In this document: positions 1-13,520 of the stretch, piece by piece
How the letters are laid out: each line of letters begins with the position of its first letter
Position numbering within the stretch: position 1 is the first letter of the stretch
DNA from: Dimargaris cristalligena
Lineage: Eukaryota
NCBI GenBank assembly: GCA_003614675.1
Contig: ML002255.1
Coordinates: 1 to 56,829, forward strand
DNA: 56,829 nucleotides
Direction: 5' to 3'
Notes under the pieces: generated by a model
Seen by the model: the letters and a program-made list of their open reading frames with translations, nothing else
What the model was told of the DNA's origin: nothing
Databases searched by the model: none
Made by a program: the position numbers and the translations under genes

Positions 1-343
1 ATTCGGTTAGTCTTGTCACCCCCCCTAACACTAGTAGCCCACTTGGCCATGTCCAACGCCCCACCTACTGTTAGAAGCCTACCCCCGAGACTCTTGACGG
101 ACTGAGAGTGGTTAACTCGGGCGACAATAGAAAAGAAATTCAGCCCATTTCAATCCAGTTTTAAATGACATGCGTATGGTTAAATCAATAGGATATACCC
201 ATATTATGTTATACGTTCCGCAGTGGTAATACGGCCACCATGCGTGGAACCCAAACCCCTGGGTATATGGGTTGTTGTGCTTTTTTTTTTGTCCACCTAA
301 TAATGATTGTTGCATTCGGAAGGGGAATGAGGATGGCTGTATT

Positions 344-487
344 ATATGGGTGAAATCCAGCTCGGCTGTAAAAAGTTTTAACAGATATGTGTATGGGAAA
401 ATCAGTGGGATGTTAATTTTCAACCAGTAGTATTTCCCCCATCAAATGGATTTTTCGTTATACAGCTTTGTTGAACTACTCCCAGAT
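344..487 (+). mobile_element. 144-bp MITE-like element, copy 1
   Basis: ATAT-GGGTGAAATCCA...TGAACTACTCCC-AGAT; imperfect terminal inverted repeats; aligns end to end with five other copies in the window. Confidence 0.8.
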
Positions 488-1575
488 GAAGGAAATGAAG
501 TTGGAGATAGTTCAGATGATTATTAAGTCAAATGTCCGCACCATTAAGATTCGATGTCGAACCTTTCGACTATGGAACCTTTTCATTACTTGCCCGCACT
601 AACTGATGCTCGTTTTTACCCGTGATCAGCATTTGGGCTCCAGTAAAGCCAGTAATGCCCAGGGTTGGGTGTATGGGGGGGGGGCTCTTATCCCTTTCAT
701 AAAGTCAAAATGGAAGGACTGGCCACTTAGGTAGCCCTAACAGGCGGTAGCGGTTCGGTTAATCCATTCAGTTGCAGCAACGAGTAAAGATTGCGTTATG
801 TCCGGTATGCTTCTAGGAGGGATTATCCCAATCGGAACCTTCGCTACCAATCAATCCCTAGAATGCCATATCGACAATTACAAATACCGATATAGTTAAC
901 TGGATGACAGCCCCATCTTATAGATCAAAATATTTGGTTTTCAATCAAGCCCCCATCACCCGGGCTACTGGTTCGGCCATAGAAGAACGGTAGAACGGTG
1001 TCAGAATTATCTGGCGAGTCAAGGGTATACTTCCCTGAAAATACAGCCCCGCTGATAAAATTTAATTAGCTAATGACCTGTCAAATGCCGTACTTCGTAT
1101 TTCCGTAACAGTTTTTCCCAAACTGGGCCTTTTTTCTGAAATGACAAATAAAAGGGCCAATTTTTACATATAGCAGAATGCTAAGCGTGATTATAACAGT
1201 GAGTATAGAAAGCAGCAAAGGGCAAGGGTTACGGAAATTGACAAAAAAACGCATGCCTGCCTGTTTGTCAAACGCAGAAGCTAAAATAATTCGGGTATAT
1301 ATATATATTTATTACAGGTATTGTAAAACTACACCACAGTGACCATGTTATTCCAGCGGCCGAGTCTAAGAGCGTCTGCTATTAACCCTTTATATGTATA
1401 TAGAGGGGAGATAATCAAACAGAGTTGATAGCGAGGACCCTGAAGACAGAATATCCCCAAGGACGACTTGCATGGCTGGAAGTGTGGGAATAAGGGTTGG
1501 ACCTATTAGGGGTTATCGACCATCCTAACGGACTGCTTCTTTCCAGCTACGAACTCAGGTTTGTTCGGTTTCCAA

Positions 1576-3429
1576 TTAGGGCAGACGAATTTTGATTTCT
1601 GGTGTAAGAAAATATAGTGATAGCATATAATACAAGTAATTGGTAAGCATAGACTTGGGTATCTCGCCAATTGGCAGCAGTATTGCCATTGGAGTCAAGG
1701 AATTTTATAAGGAAAGTCCTGGGAAATCGCCGAGGCGCTGGTACATTCCAGTGTGTATATAAACTACTTACTATCCACAATATCTTTGAAGGCCTGGGTG
1801 GCCGGGGAATCCGGGTAGAGTTCCATAAAGCTCACCCCGGAGTCACTTGATTTGCCGATGCGGGGGTCCAGGGGGATTCGGCCAAGGAACGGTACCTTGG
1901 TCATTTCGGCCATCCTCTTCCCGCCTCCGGATGTGGGCGCAAAGATCTGAGACTCGCCCTAGATTGTGTTGATAATGTAGCAATTCGAGGGTTGGTAAAT
2001 TAGATGGCTTGTAAACTCCAATAAATACATGGTAATAAAAGCCCAAGAAACTCGGAATATAAATACAAATATATATATATATACGCCATGGTGGCCCTGG
2101 AAAATATAGCCAAGCCGACATGATGAGGAGCGTATAAATTGTTGTGGTAAATTACCTTGCAGTTGGGGCATACGAACCCGCTCATGTTCTCGACGATACC
2201 TAGGATAGGCACATTGACCTTTCGACAGAAGTTGATTTCTTTACGGACATCCTGTAGGGCGATTTCCTGGGGAGTAGTAACAATGATGGCACCATCAATA
2301 CCGCTCTCACTTAGATAGGACACAATCGAGAGATGTTCGTCCGAGGTTCCGGGGGGCGTGTCCACCAACAAATAGTCCAACTGGGACCAGTCCACGTCGC
2401 GTAGGAACTGTTTGATCATGCCGTTTTTCTTGGGACCACGCCAAATAACGGCGGCATCCTTATCTGGAAGCATGAAACCAATGGACATGACGGCCAGATT
2501 TTCCTGGACGTAAATGGGCGACCATCCGGACATACTCTGATGGATTTGCTCCCCTTCCAGTCCCATGATTTTAGGGATGGAAGGTCCGCATACATCGATA
2601 TCAACGACACCCACCTGCGTGATCCGGTCCTCGTCAACCTTGAGATGCTCGAGGTGCAGGCCACGTTCCCGGGCTGGTCTGGATGGACCGCCTTCTTCGG
2701 TATCGATGGGCTCGCTCTGGGAGGCATCGTAGGCAAGGGCGAAGCCTAGGTTAGCGGTGAAGGTACTTTTGCCGACGCCCCCTTTGCCGGAAAGGACGAG
2801 GATTTTGTAACGAACACCGGCTAAGCGTTCAGTAATCCGGGGGATGTCTGAAATAGGCCAGAGCAATGGAATATGACAAAATAAAGCGAGCGATCTTGTT
2901 TAAATAGTGACTAAGAAAAGTAGTGAGCCGGGAAATGCGGCATACTAAAGCGTTTCTCTATTTAGAAAGGGCACTAATATGTTGAGGTAGGGTGGAGGGA
3001 AGAGCTTACCTGGGTCAGGGCCGCTAGGGCCGGTCGCGCATACATTTTGGTTGGGGCACCCCTCGCAGGCATTGGCTTTACCAGCCTGCTCACTGCCCAC
3101 TCCCTATTGGTGTAGTTAGGACATCAGCCAATTTAATACGAGCCAGATATTAGTTTACAAGGAAATAATATTAGCAGGAGAATTCACAGGTGGGGTGAGG
3201 GTGAGGCTTCAAAGCTACACACATATATATGGAGAGAGAAGCTAGAGAAGACGAGGGAAATTCGTGCAAGACGCAGCCCTTAACATAGGATATACCGCGG
3301 GATTTGGTAAGGGCAGGAATGTCAACTGAAAGAAAATGGGGCGACGCCACGTAATAAAGTAGAAAGGCCACTTACCGGACAATGCTCGGGGGCATCTTGA
3401 GGAGTATTGGAAGCCACGGTGCTCGACAT
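1576..3429 (-). CDS. NBP35: Cytosolic Fe-S cluster assembly factor Nbp35 (P-loop NTPase). Exons (minus) 3429-3376, 3103-3010, 2847-2156, 1958-1772, 1598-1576
   Basis: Spliced translation gives the N-terminal Cys cluster (EHCPG...[12 protein letters not shown]), Walker [39 protein letters not shown] and [10 protein letters not shown]. All four introns are GT-AG and phases are consistent. The last exon (KIKIRLP*) is the least certain. Confidence 0.95.
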
Positions 3430-4420
3430 TTATGTAAAGTAAACCGGGGTGGTGTGGGGTTAACGAACTCGGGAGTCGAAGAAAATAGGGATATACTTTC
3501 AGAAGGGTGGTGGTTATGCTGCTATTGAAGCAGGGCGGGTAAGCAATCGATAGTAAACAAGCAGCAAAATCAAGGGTCTCAGGTAAATAAGATTAGAGAG
3601 GGGTATAAGGTTACAAGAAATTCTAATGCATAATCAAAAAGGATAAGATTGAGAGTGAAATGAAGGTACAGGGAGAGTTGACAACCGACCCGTACCACCT
3701 ATTAATGAGGAATAGACAGAGAAGTACTTACTATATGAGTATGACACACTAACAGACGACAGACCCTAGCGGCGGCAACCCAAGGGAACACGCAGCATAA
3801 CTTAAATTAAGAGGCCTTCCTCCCCTATGGAATATTGCGCGATTTGTCAGCTGAGATCCGGCTGAACCAACCAGATTACACCATCGGTTGGCTCGAGATC
3901 TATATAAGCGAGAAGGCTGCTTATCTGATGACACACAAAATCAAATAGGATTTTTGGCTTGGAGAAGTTGAGTGAAAGGGGCATTGGGCCTCCCCACCGG
4001 CTTATTAGAGAAGACCACCAAACCCCCTCCCTCCCACACCAAGTATACACAGGCTCCGCACAACAGTTTGCGCAGATGGGGATACCCTTGCCCAGCTAAT
4101 TCGGGGTTATGCGTTTGCTCTGAGGTCACCACGATCCTCGCCCGGTCCATTTGTATAATCGGATACAAACGTATCCCAAAGCCGACGACTAACAACCTCG
4201 CATCATTATATTCACCGACGTCATCAGGATTGCTATTGCTGGCAGTCGCGAGTCTGTAGGCCATACACCCGACTTCTTTCAAATTCTAAACATTCGCTAT
4301 AAAGGCTATAAAGCACCGGATACAGGGTTTTAACTTAATAGCCACTGAAAAAATCTTAATTTATTAACAACCCTGTTGTGACCGCGGGGTGTGACATCAG
4401 CCTCAACCGGGACCGCCGAA

Positions 4421-5254
4421 TCAGTTTGGCGGGGATTTGGCTCTGGCATGCTCAATCAGGCCTTCGAGGATGTACATAAATTTGTCGATGGGGTGGGCCC
4501 CTGCCAGTGCAAAAGTTTCGTTAAAAATAAAAAAGGGGGTCCCAGTCACGCCCATGTCATAGTTTTCGTCGACCATGGCCTTCACCACAGGCTTCAATTC
4601 GAGGTCAAAGCCTACCTTCTTCACCTCCTCGCGGACCAATCCCGCCACCTGGATCATTTCGCTAGCCGTGATCATGTCGCAAATGTCACGCTTCTCAGTG
4701 AAGAAATAACGGAAAACAGTCTCGATGAATTCGTCACCACGTCCCCATTCAGCTGCCTTGATCAGGATGGCGTGGTGAATCATGGTGGTACCCCCCGGTA
4801 CATCGAGGGATATGTTGAGGCCCTCTTCCCGGGCCGCTTGGAATATTTTATCCATGAATTGGTGAGCCTCCAGGCTGCCCATCTGGTTGATAAAACGCTG
4901 TTTGGTATCAATCCGGGCCCCGCCTGGGAGGGTATTGTCTAAGAAGAACGGCCGGTACTTCACCGTGATCTTGATGTCAGGGTGGAAGCTGGTGCATATC
5001 CGAATGGCACGCTAACGGTGTATATAATTATATATAAGCATGGTGCAAAGGGGGCAAGATAAACTGAAGTGGGGTGAGGTCAAGGCGAGCCAGTGTGTTG
5101 TTCCCTTTTAGGAAATCTGGGACAGTCCCAGACTTGAGGCTATATAAAATAAAAGGGAACATGGGTAGCTTACGTCGAGGCGCCTCTTGCAAATATAAGA
5201 CCAAGGGCATATGAAATCAAAGACGAATTCGACCAGGACTTCAATCGGGGCCAT
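4421..5254 (-). CDS. DsbA/FrnE-like thioredoxin-fold protein. Exons (minus) 5254-5174, 5011-4421
   Basis: MAPIEVLVEFVFDFICPWSYICKRRLD|RAIRIC...YRPFFLD...GVTGTPFFIFN...GAHP; phase-0 GT-AG intron; cis-Pro loop GTPFF typical of the DSBA family. Confidence 0.85.
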
Positions 5255-6813
5255 GGTAATGAACGCGTTGGTTTGGGCGGCGAGATGTGCCGTAAGTCGG
5301 CTGTAGAGTTAGTAATGGAGGTACAAGGACAAGGCGGGTGGAGTAGTAAGTATAAGACGGGCAAGGGGTATTTAGATAAAGGTGTTATACTATGGGTCGT
5401 AATAGAAAAGAGGGTGAGGAGGGGTAATCAAAGTGCCTCCTGGGTATAGAAGTGGTATTGAAAAGGCCAAGAAATGGTCGAGGATGAGTAGCGGTCCTAT
5501 TCAGTCTGGAAGGAGTATAGGCCGCATAGAGCCAGAGGGAACAGCGCTATATGCGGTATTAAAATGTCAATCAACCGTCGTCGTTTTGGTTATGGTGGGC
5601 CCCCATTCGCCGTTTTTCCTGGTTGCTGGTGATACTGTCGGCCACAGTGGACATTATATGTCTCTCCCCACTCACGCCCATCCGACGCTTATATACCCAT
5701 GGTATCCGGTCTGGGCACGTGGTTCAATTGGTGTGGTGGTCCCCCCCCCAAAATCCCACCGTCTCCTTCCGCATACACTCTCTCCTCTTCCCCCCCCACC
5801 CCGCCTGGTCTTGTCGTCGTTGTATGCTCTGTTGGAAGTCGCGTCAACGCGGTAGTGGGGGAGAGGGGGGGGGGGCTGTTTGACTGGTGGGAAACTCCTC
5901 CTCTCCCTTCCTATAGTTTCCACCACCCACTTAACAATAACCTCCTCTGAGGGCCCTCGCCTCCCTCCTTTTTCTTCATCTTAATGCACTTATCGGATTG
6001 TGGAATACACCTAGTATCTTGTTCATTGCCTCCATCTAGTCCCCAATACCTCGATTATCCCCCGCCTGCCCTCTCTCCCTTTCTCTCTTTCAACCGCAAC
6101 AACGGCGTAATATACTATTCCTGTCAGGCTTCCCGGACTTTCGAGGTAAGAACTCCCCTCCTTATTATATATATAAGCGGCCAACACACCAATACCCAGA
6201 CCACCACTACTTTATTTGACTTGCGCGAAAAAGGGAATTGCCTTTGGGTTGTTTACCAAGCTCCATTACTCTTTTCGCACTGGCCCATAGGGGAGAGGGT
6301 GGTTGTTATCTGTGCGGCCGTGTTTTCCGTATTACATACACCCAGCTTGAGTAGGTGGGTTTCTGAGAAAGGCCGTGTCGTGTGGGGGATGTATGGTTAT
6401 CGAAGATATGGTTTGATTCCCCCTCTTCCCACCCCCCCGGTCAGTTGGCAAGCCGGCCGTGTAAAATCACACATACCCAGGCGATGATGGCTGGCCACAC
6501 CCGCGTTGCTATTTATTCTCCCAGTTTCCTCTGCCTGGCTGCGGGTTGTTGATTAAAGCCGCCACTTGAACTGAACACCATTACCCTTTAGTCTCTTTTT
6601 CGAATACACTCCGCCTGCCCAAAATAAGCACCCGATTCTATTCTACCTATTCTCTAATCCATTAACCTTACCCACTCTTTCTCATCCCTCTATATACAAT
6701 CTCCCGCCTTTTTTGGTTTTTATTCGTGGCTGTAGTACCTGTAAACCGTTTCCTGGCCTTCCTTATTCTCCCCTACTTCACCACCGATCCTTCCTCTCTG
6801 TGGTCTAATTATT

Positions 6814-7207
6814 GTAAGTTGACTACCGCCGTCATGGGGCTCTTTTTTTAATCCCGTGTCAAAGAAGTGCCTTACGACCCAGTACTACCGGGGGGATGTT
6901 TCCTTTCCAACCATTTAACTAGGCCACGGTGCTGGCCTGCTGACCCATGCTGGGTTTAGTAACATTGTAATTCTTTTTCAAACTATAGACACTACCCTTA
7001 GTTAGAGACTTGCCCAAATCCCCCCGGCCTTCCAATGTCTGGGGTTTGCAACCCCCCCCCCTAGCATCCCTGTGCCGTACTAACTAACCGCTAACCCTCA
7101 CGATAACTAACCCACACCACCCTTTGCTGTTGATTGTGTTGTTCCGACCCACCCATTGGGATTGAATCACACTCCTATCTCGAATGGTCCCGTATACTAC
7201 CCTATAG
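6814..7207 (+). other. Probable 5'-UTR intron of the RRM gene; a further upstream intron 6146-6735 is possible
   Basis: GTAAGT donor at 6814, several CTAAC branch motifs at ~7080-7112, TAG acceptor at 7207 shortly before the ATG at 7232. Confidence 0.55.
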
Positions 7208-7231
7208 TCCGTGTGCCAGTGACAGGTTAAA

Positions 7232-8971
7232 ATGAAACGCAGCAACGACTCAGGCTACTACCGCGACAGCAACTCCGGCGGCGGCAACCGCCGGGACTAC
7301 CCCAAGCGCCCGCGTCACGCACCCCACCCTAATATGGCCCAGAATCCCATGTACCCGTACGGTATGGGTATGATGGGCATGGATATGAACGCCATGATGG
7401 CCGCACCCTATGGTATGCCCATGGGTAACCCCCAATTCAATACCCCCATGATGGACCAGAGCCAGGTCGGTGGTCAACATGGCTACGATACCCGCAATCC
7501 CCCCACGCGGACCATCTACCTTGGCGGTGTGCCCGCTGGTACCACTTTCCGCCAGATCCTGGATCAATCCAAGTTCGGCGTAGTGGAGAGCGTGCGTATC
7601 TTAGCTGAGAAAAACTGCGCTTTCGTATCCTTCCTCGACGAATCGACGGCTATTGCCATGATGCAGGCCACTAGCTTCCAGCCCTTCCGTCTTAATAACC
7701 AGGACGTTAAGGTCCGGTTCGGTAAGTCCATACCTGTCCCTCTCAATATTCTGACCGCCGTGCAGAATGGCGCCTCCCGTAACGTATACCTGGGCAACTT
7801 GGACCCGTCCCAGACCGCCGATGAGATCCGCGAGGCCCTCCGGGAATTCGGCGAAGTGGAGCATTTCAATCTGGTGGAGAGCCGGCATATCGCCTTTGCC
7901 CACTTCACCAACATCGCCAGTGCCATCAAGTGCGTCGATGAACTGCCCCGGGTTCCGGGTTGGTCGGATCGTCGGGTAAGCTTTGGCAAGGATCGCTGCG
8001 CTTACAACCCTAAACCCTCTATGGATATGTCCATGGACCCCTCCGCGATGATGTACCCCAACAACCCCATGGCCGCTGGCTTCATGCCCCATGGCGACCA
8101 GGGCTATGATCCCTATGGTATGGCCCAGGGTGGCTTTGACCCCAGCACCGCCGCCATGATGGCCGGCTACGGGGCTGCCGCCGACCCCTCCCAGACCACG
8201 ACCAACCGGACCGTATACATCTCCAATATCCATCCCGAGGCAACGGTGACTGATTTGTGTAACGCCGTCCGAGGCGGTGCCGTCTACCAAATTCGCTATA
8301 TCCCCGATAAGCGCATTGCGTTCGTTAGTTTCCTGGACCCCATGGCCGCCATGGCTTTCCACCAGCTGGCCACTTTCTCGGGGGTTGCGGTCAAGAGCCG
8401 CCGGCTGCGGGTAGGTTGGGGTCACCCCTCGGCCGTTCCTCCGCCAGTGGCCCAGGCAGTCCAGCAGGGTGCCAGCCGTAACATCTACATTGGTAGCCTG
8501 GATGAATCCATGACGGCAGAGAAACTCCGCGCCGACTTTTCCCAATTCGGCGACATCGAACTGGTGAATATCCTTCCCGAGAAGAACTGCGGGTTCGTGA
8601 ACTTCACTAGTATTCGGAGCGCGATGAAGGCCCACAGCGGGATCAAGGAAAGTAACCCCGAATACGGTCAGTGCCGCATTAATTTCGGCCGTGATCGTTG
8701 CGCACAGCCACCACGCCCGCTCCACCAGCACGGGTCAAGATCTCACAATAATAACCACGGCAATAATAACGGCAACAACAGCTCGAACAACGACAGTGGG
8801 GGCCGGAATGACACCAGCTCCAACCCCGATTACCGTGAAGACGGTCCCACTGGCTCTGGTAACTCGGACTCGGGGGCCAATTCCTACCCGGCCGGAGGGA
8901 ACGACGACCAGGGTGGCGATGCCTCCGGGGGTTATTACGTCCAGCCATCGGACTCCTACAGTGGGGTTTAA
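7232..8971 (+). CDS. Four-RRM RNA-binding protein, S. cerevisiae Mrn1 / S. pombe Nrd1(Msa2)-like
   Basis: 579-aa ORF with two tandem RRM pairs (RTIYLG..KNCAFVSF; GASRNVYLGNL..RVSFGKDRCA; NRTVYISNI; GASRNIYIGSL..RINFGRDRCA) and Met/Gly/Asn-rich low-complexity linkers. Confidence 0.9.
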   Translation: MKRSNDSGYYRDSNSGGGNRRDYPKRPRHAPHPNMAQNPMYPYGMGMMGMDMNAMMAAPYGMPMGNPQFNTPMMDQSQVGGQHGYDTRNPPTRTIYLGGVPAGTTFRQILDQSKFGVVESVRILAEKNCAFVSFLDESTAIAMMQATSFQPFRLNNQDVKVRFGKSIPVPLNILTAVQNGASRNVYLGNLDPSQTADEIREALREFGEVEHFNLVESRHIAFAHFTNIASAIKCVDELPRVPGWSDRRVSFGKDRCAYNPKPSMDMSMDPSAMMYPNNPMAAGFMPHGDQGYDPYGMAQGGFDPSTAAMMAGYGAAADPSQTTTNRTVYISNIHPEATVTDLCNAVRGGAVYQIRYIPDKRIAFVSFLDPMAAMAFHQLATFSGVAVKSRRLRVGWGHPSAVPPPVAQAVQQGASRNIYIGSLDESMTAEKLRADFSQFGDIELVNILPEKNCGFVNFTSIRSAMKAHSGIKESNPEYGQCRINFGRDRCAQPPRPLHQHGSRSHNNNHGNNNGNNSSNNDSGGRNDTSSNPDYREDGPTGSGNSDSGANSYPAGGNDDQGGDASGGYYVQPSDSYSGV

Positions 8972-10212
8972 AGTGGGGCAGCAGCTGGTTAAATCATCTC
9001 CAGCGGGTTTATTGGACCTGTCCTTTTTTCTATACTCTATGGGGTTATAGCTGGGTGTGACTACTGATAATTCTATTCCAGCGGGGCTACCACCGAGATT
9101 GGGGCGAATCGAGGCGGAATTAATGGGGCGGGACGGGTGCATTTGTATTTTGGATCTTTCCCCTTCGTTTCCCTTTCCCTTTTCGATTACCTCGCCTTCG
9201 TTTATATACCCTACTGGTCTTGCCTCTTCCATTGCCCGCGACTAAAATGGACTTTGGTTACTTCTATTGCAATACTATCAGTATCCATCTTTTTATATCT
9301 CCAACCTCTTGTTCTTCGTTCTCTCTATTCGCAGTTATCTAGTAATATAGTTTGCTTCTCTTCGCTCCCCACCTGAATGAGAATTCGGGGGTATTGGATT
9401 TTATTTGGGTTGACTTTTCTATTATTGCACCTCTTTAATCGTGAAATTATTCGGTGAGAGTAGGGGGGGGGGCTCCAGTGTATATTGTTATTATATATTG
9501 ATTTACGGAAATATTTCACCTTTTATCACCAAATTCTTGATTGTTGATTCTCAGACATCTTGAATTATCCGTTGGTCAACCCCACCAAAATGAAACCTAT
9601 TCCCTACCGTACCGTTCAAAAACCTATTTCTTGGAAACAGTGGCCCTACATGTATCCGAGCTTCTTTAGGGGTATTTGTGAATATATATATGTATATATA
9701 TATATATATATGGGTCTTTGCTTTAAATTATTATACATAAATATTTTTTAAAGTGATTCACGATTCGCCACATTATATCCATGTCTGAAATAATGGAAAA
9801 AATTGTAATCATTCCACATAGATACAGAGTCTAGGGCTGAAGAGATCAAACTCGGTTGGGGAGGGTGATACAGCGATATCTATTAGTAAATCTGAGTGGG
9901 TTGGTGAAACTATTATGTGTGTGTGTATGTGTGCTCAGAACAACCTTAGAACAAGTAAAAATTCACCACCCTATTGCTGGGGGATTGCTTTGGTTCATTC
10001 AGTTCCAATATAGTGAGAAGCTCCCTTTCTAGTAATCTATTCCCGGCCTTTCGTAAGGGTTCAACTAATTCCTTCCTCCGTATTTCTTTTCGGTTTTTTA
10101 TTTTTATTTTCTCTAGTCTGCCCCAGCCACTCCCCTCCATTTATTATATTTACCTCCACAACATACCCCACCGTTCGTCTCCTTATACAAAACACACCCC
10201 TTCCAACCCCCC

Positions 10213-11314
10213 ATGGGCCGTAACAATGGGAATCCAAAGAAGGGCGGCAAAGGTAGCTCAGTTCCGAATACCGACGTTTTCCACCGGATGAATTTTCTGC
10301 AGGCCGCAGGTATGCTCATGACGGCACTGTCTACGCAGCCCCGTTCGCTGACCGAAACGGCGCGAGCCCGCTACCCCGCTTTACCCACCCCTCCCTCCGC
10401 CGCCGCCGCTACGGACCCGCTCGCCAAAGGAGAGGGGGAGGGGGAGCCACAGCTACCCGGGGGTGCCGATTCAGAAGCCCAGCAGGATACAAGGGCGGCT
10501 AGTTGTTGTAAGCCGGAAGGCGAAAATGAGTTAAAGGAAACGACTACTGGACCTTCGGCCCCAGCCCCAGCTCCGGCTCCGGCCTCGGTACTGACCCTGC
10601 CTTCCACTAGTAATAGTGGTGGCGGTTCAGGCGTGGAAGGAACGGACTTGACTCCGTTGGCGCGATTTTACGGAAATACCATTCGTCGGATTGGCAAACG
10701 CACTGTTGTACGCTGGTAAGTCTGGTGGGGAAACCTGAATGATACTCATCGAGATATGCCGATGGGGTGGTTTATTATTCATATATTTATTTGGTTGGAA
10801 AGCACTTGTGTATTCTATTTATTTGTTTTTAAGAAAAGGGGTAAAACAACCCTACTGGCATGGCTTTAGAAATCCCACTGACTAAACTTTATATATCTTA
10901 TGTTGATTTATTTACTCCATTTAGTGGTCCCAAAGTTAAGCGGCGGATCTGCCGTTGGTGCGATACTATCCTGGTGCCCGGAATCAGCTGTCAGATAAAA
11001 TTCCAAGGTAAAATTGGCCTATATATAATGGTGTGTACCCGCCAAGTGGGACCCTATTGACCATTGATCGGCTTAATCCAGCCCCCTCGAGTTAGTAGAG
11101 GGACATGCGCTAAACACTCTTATATACTATTATAACTATTGTATTAAAATGCATACACCATGTCTTCTGATTCATAATAATTCTATTTACAGCCAAACCT
11201 GAGAAGGCCACGCACATTACATGCGGCTATTGTACGAAAACCCGGGTCTTGATTTACCGACCCGACTACGTTTTGTTTAGTGATAGGCCGGAACACGAGA
11301 CCAGAACTATATAG
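10213..11314 (+). CDS. RPR2: RNase P subunit Rpr2/Rpp21 family. Exons 10213-10715, 10925-11007, 11193-11314
   Basis: HRMNFLQAA, LARFY, KRRICRWCDTILVPG and HITCGYC (two CxxC zinc knuckles) are joined in frame across two GT-AG introns. Confidence 0.85.
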
Positions 11315-13376
11315 ACTACCCCCCTGTAGGGAGGAACCCCTTTCCAACATGTGTACGTAACGGCTCAATGGCCGATAGTGGCGAGGTCTGTGAAACCAAT
11401 GGCACTCTATAGTAGCATTTCGTGTATAAATTTACCGGACCTTTTACACCGTTTATATATCAATAATGCTTCCGATGCTCTATCATAGCAGCGGTTACAC
11501 CTAGCGCCTTTCTATCCGTAGGTATGCTTTTTAAGAATATCTTATTTTTACGGTGGATTGATCGGATGACTCGGCCAACTTGATGAAATTAATGAGATTT
11601 CCCATCACTATGTAGCATCCCTGGATAGGATTCCCGACTTGGAATTATAGAGGCACTGTGTTATAGCCCCGAGTGGGATAAGTTCACGCTAAGCTGGGGT
11701 TGTCGACGGGAGAAGAGAATGGGCATGGGCACTAATAGGGACAATGATTACTACTAAACTAGCTTAGCTAGCCCCTTCCCCTCTGTAACTCGAAATCGGG
11801 ACCCGCTGCTATGATAGAGTAGTGACACCGCCCTTCAGTCGACGAATAGAGGTGAGTCCCCTTTAAGGTTCTGCTTGCCCCCAGGCCCCTTATTACTATT
11901 ATTACATCGCAAGTGTCATATCAATGCGGTGGGGCCTTTGGTATTTAGGGTGAGTTTGTTGAAGAGGTTGGTAGTTAGTGGTAGGGTAAAATCGGTAAGT
12001 ATGTGCCCGTCCCCCACCTGCCCATGCTACCCAAAATGGTATTTTAGAAATGGGATGGGAGGGGGGTTGGAGAGCAAAAAGTACCGCAATAGGGGGAGGG
12101 CTAATCACGATGGATCAGCTGAGTGTGAAGGGTGGGGAATTTCGGCAGTATATAAAACAGTCAAACAAAGCGTCAATATACCGCCCATGACCTTCCGGTG
12201 AGAATCGATGCAATCGACCCCAGGGTGGTGGTGGTGGGTGTGTTGCGGGGCCTGAGGAAACCATTGGGTAGATCGGTGGCACTGACTGGGAACGAACGTA
12301 CGTGTGCTTTCCCTTAACCCCCCTCGTTAGACGGGCTGGTTTAGAAGTAATATCGATTTTATCTGGGCCAGCAACCCCTAGACTCCAAGGTCGTCGTCGT
12401 TATCCTCGTCGCCCTTTTCGTCTTTTCCGCCCCCGACTCCGTGTACTCTTCATTTTTCGCGATGAAACACCCCCCCCCTCCCATTACCAAGTGGACCGCA
12501 GCTGGAATGACTGGCCATGTATACATCAGCCACGCCACAGCTGCACGTCTACTCATTCATACATGACTATATACATTGCCTTATACCTTCTCCTCTCCTT
12601 TCCACTAACACATGCCTTAGTGGATGCGAGGCCGCGTCAGACCGACAGGGAATCTATTTTTAGAACCGGTTGGTAATACATTCGTTTTATAACGGGATGG
12701 CAGAAGGAGGATGGGAGGGGATAGTCTAAATTAAAAGGAATCGGTGGATAAAGTAAGACCGGCATGGTGAATCAGGAGGAACCAAGCAGAAGCTGGGATG
12801 GTGATCGTTGGGCTTTAATGTCCATCAAGGATTAAGACGGCCAATTACGGAGTAATCGGATCATTGAATGGCCGGTGCCACTCTGGGAGTGAAGGGAAAC
12901 CACAGTATCAACCGCCCGTATCCACCTTCTTCGACCCTTGTGTATTATACACTACTCTACTCACCTCCATAGATGGATAGATACCCGAGGTTGGGGGCAT
13001 TCAATTTGCCAGTGGAAGGAGTAAGAGAAATGTATGTTTTCTCCACGCGGGCGTTGGCTACTTGCTCTAAGCAGTGGACCTATGAATGAACGGAACACAT
13101 AAACTGGAAGACGTCTGCCAGTTTATCGACCACAGAGCCATACCATAGGCCCCATTTACTAAGGATTGCCCCCGGCCCACTGGACTCTGCCCCTCTCATT
13201 GACGACCAGGATGACCACGCCTCCTCCTCCTATTAATCACCTCTCTTCCCTTAGTGGTGTCTTGTTGGAATCGCCTGTGGGTGTGTCAGTGACGCGATTC
13301 GGCTGGTGACTGGCCCACCTTTGTTGCCGCCGCTGAAGAGATATGTGGTCGGAAATAGAATATAATCGTCAGGGGC

Positions 13377-13520
13377 ATATGGGTGAACTTCAACCCAACT
13401 GTATAAGATTTTTCACAATATATGTATGGGATAATATGTGGGAGAATAACTTTTGACCAGTAATATTTACCTCATCAAATGGATTATTCGTTATACAGCC
13501 TGGATGAACTTCTGCCATAT
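13377..13520 (+). mobile_element. 144-bp MITE-like element, copy 2
   Basis: ATAT-GGGTGAACTTCA...TGAACTTCTGCC-ATAT. Confidence 0.8.

Noticed and set aside
7601-8731. Long antisense ORFs over the RRM, PUF, DsbA-like and SPX-RING genes (e.g. 7601-8731, 17937-18863, 4391-4942)
   Set aside because: Shadow ORFs of GC3-rich coding strands; no recognisable motifs
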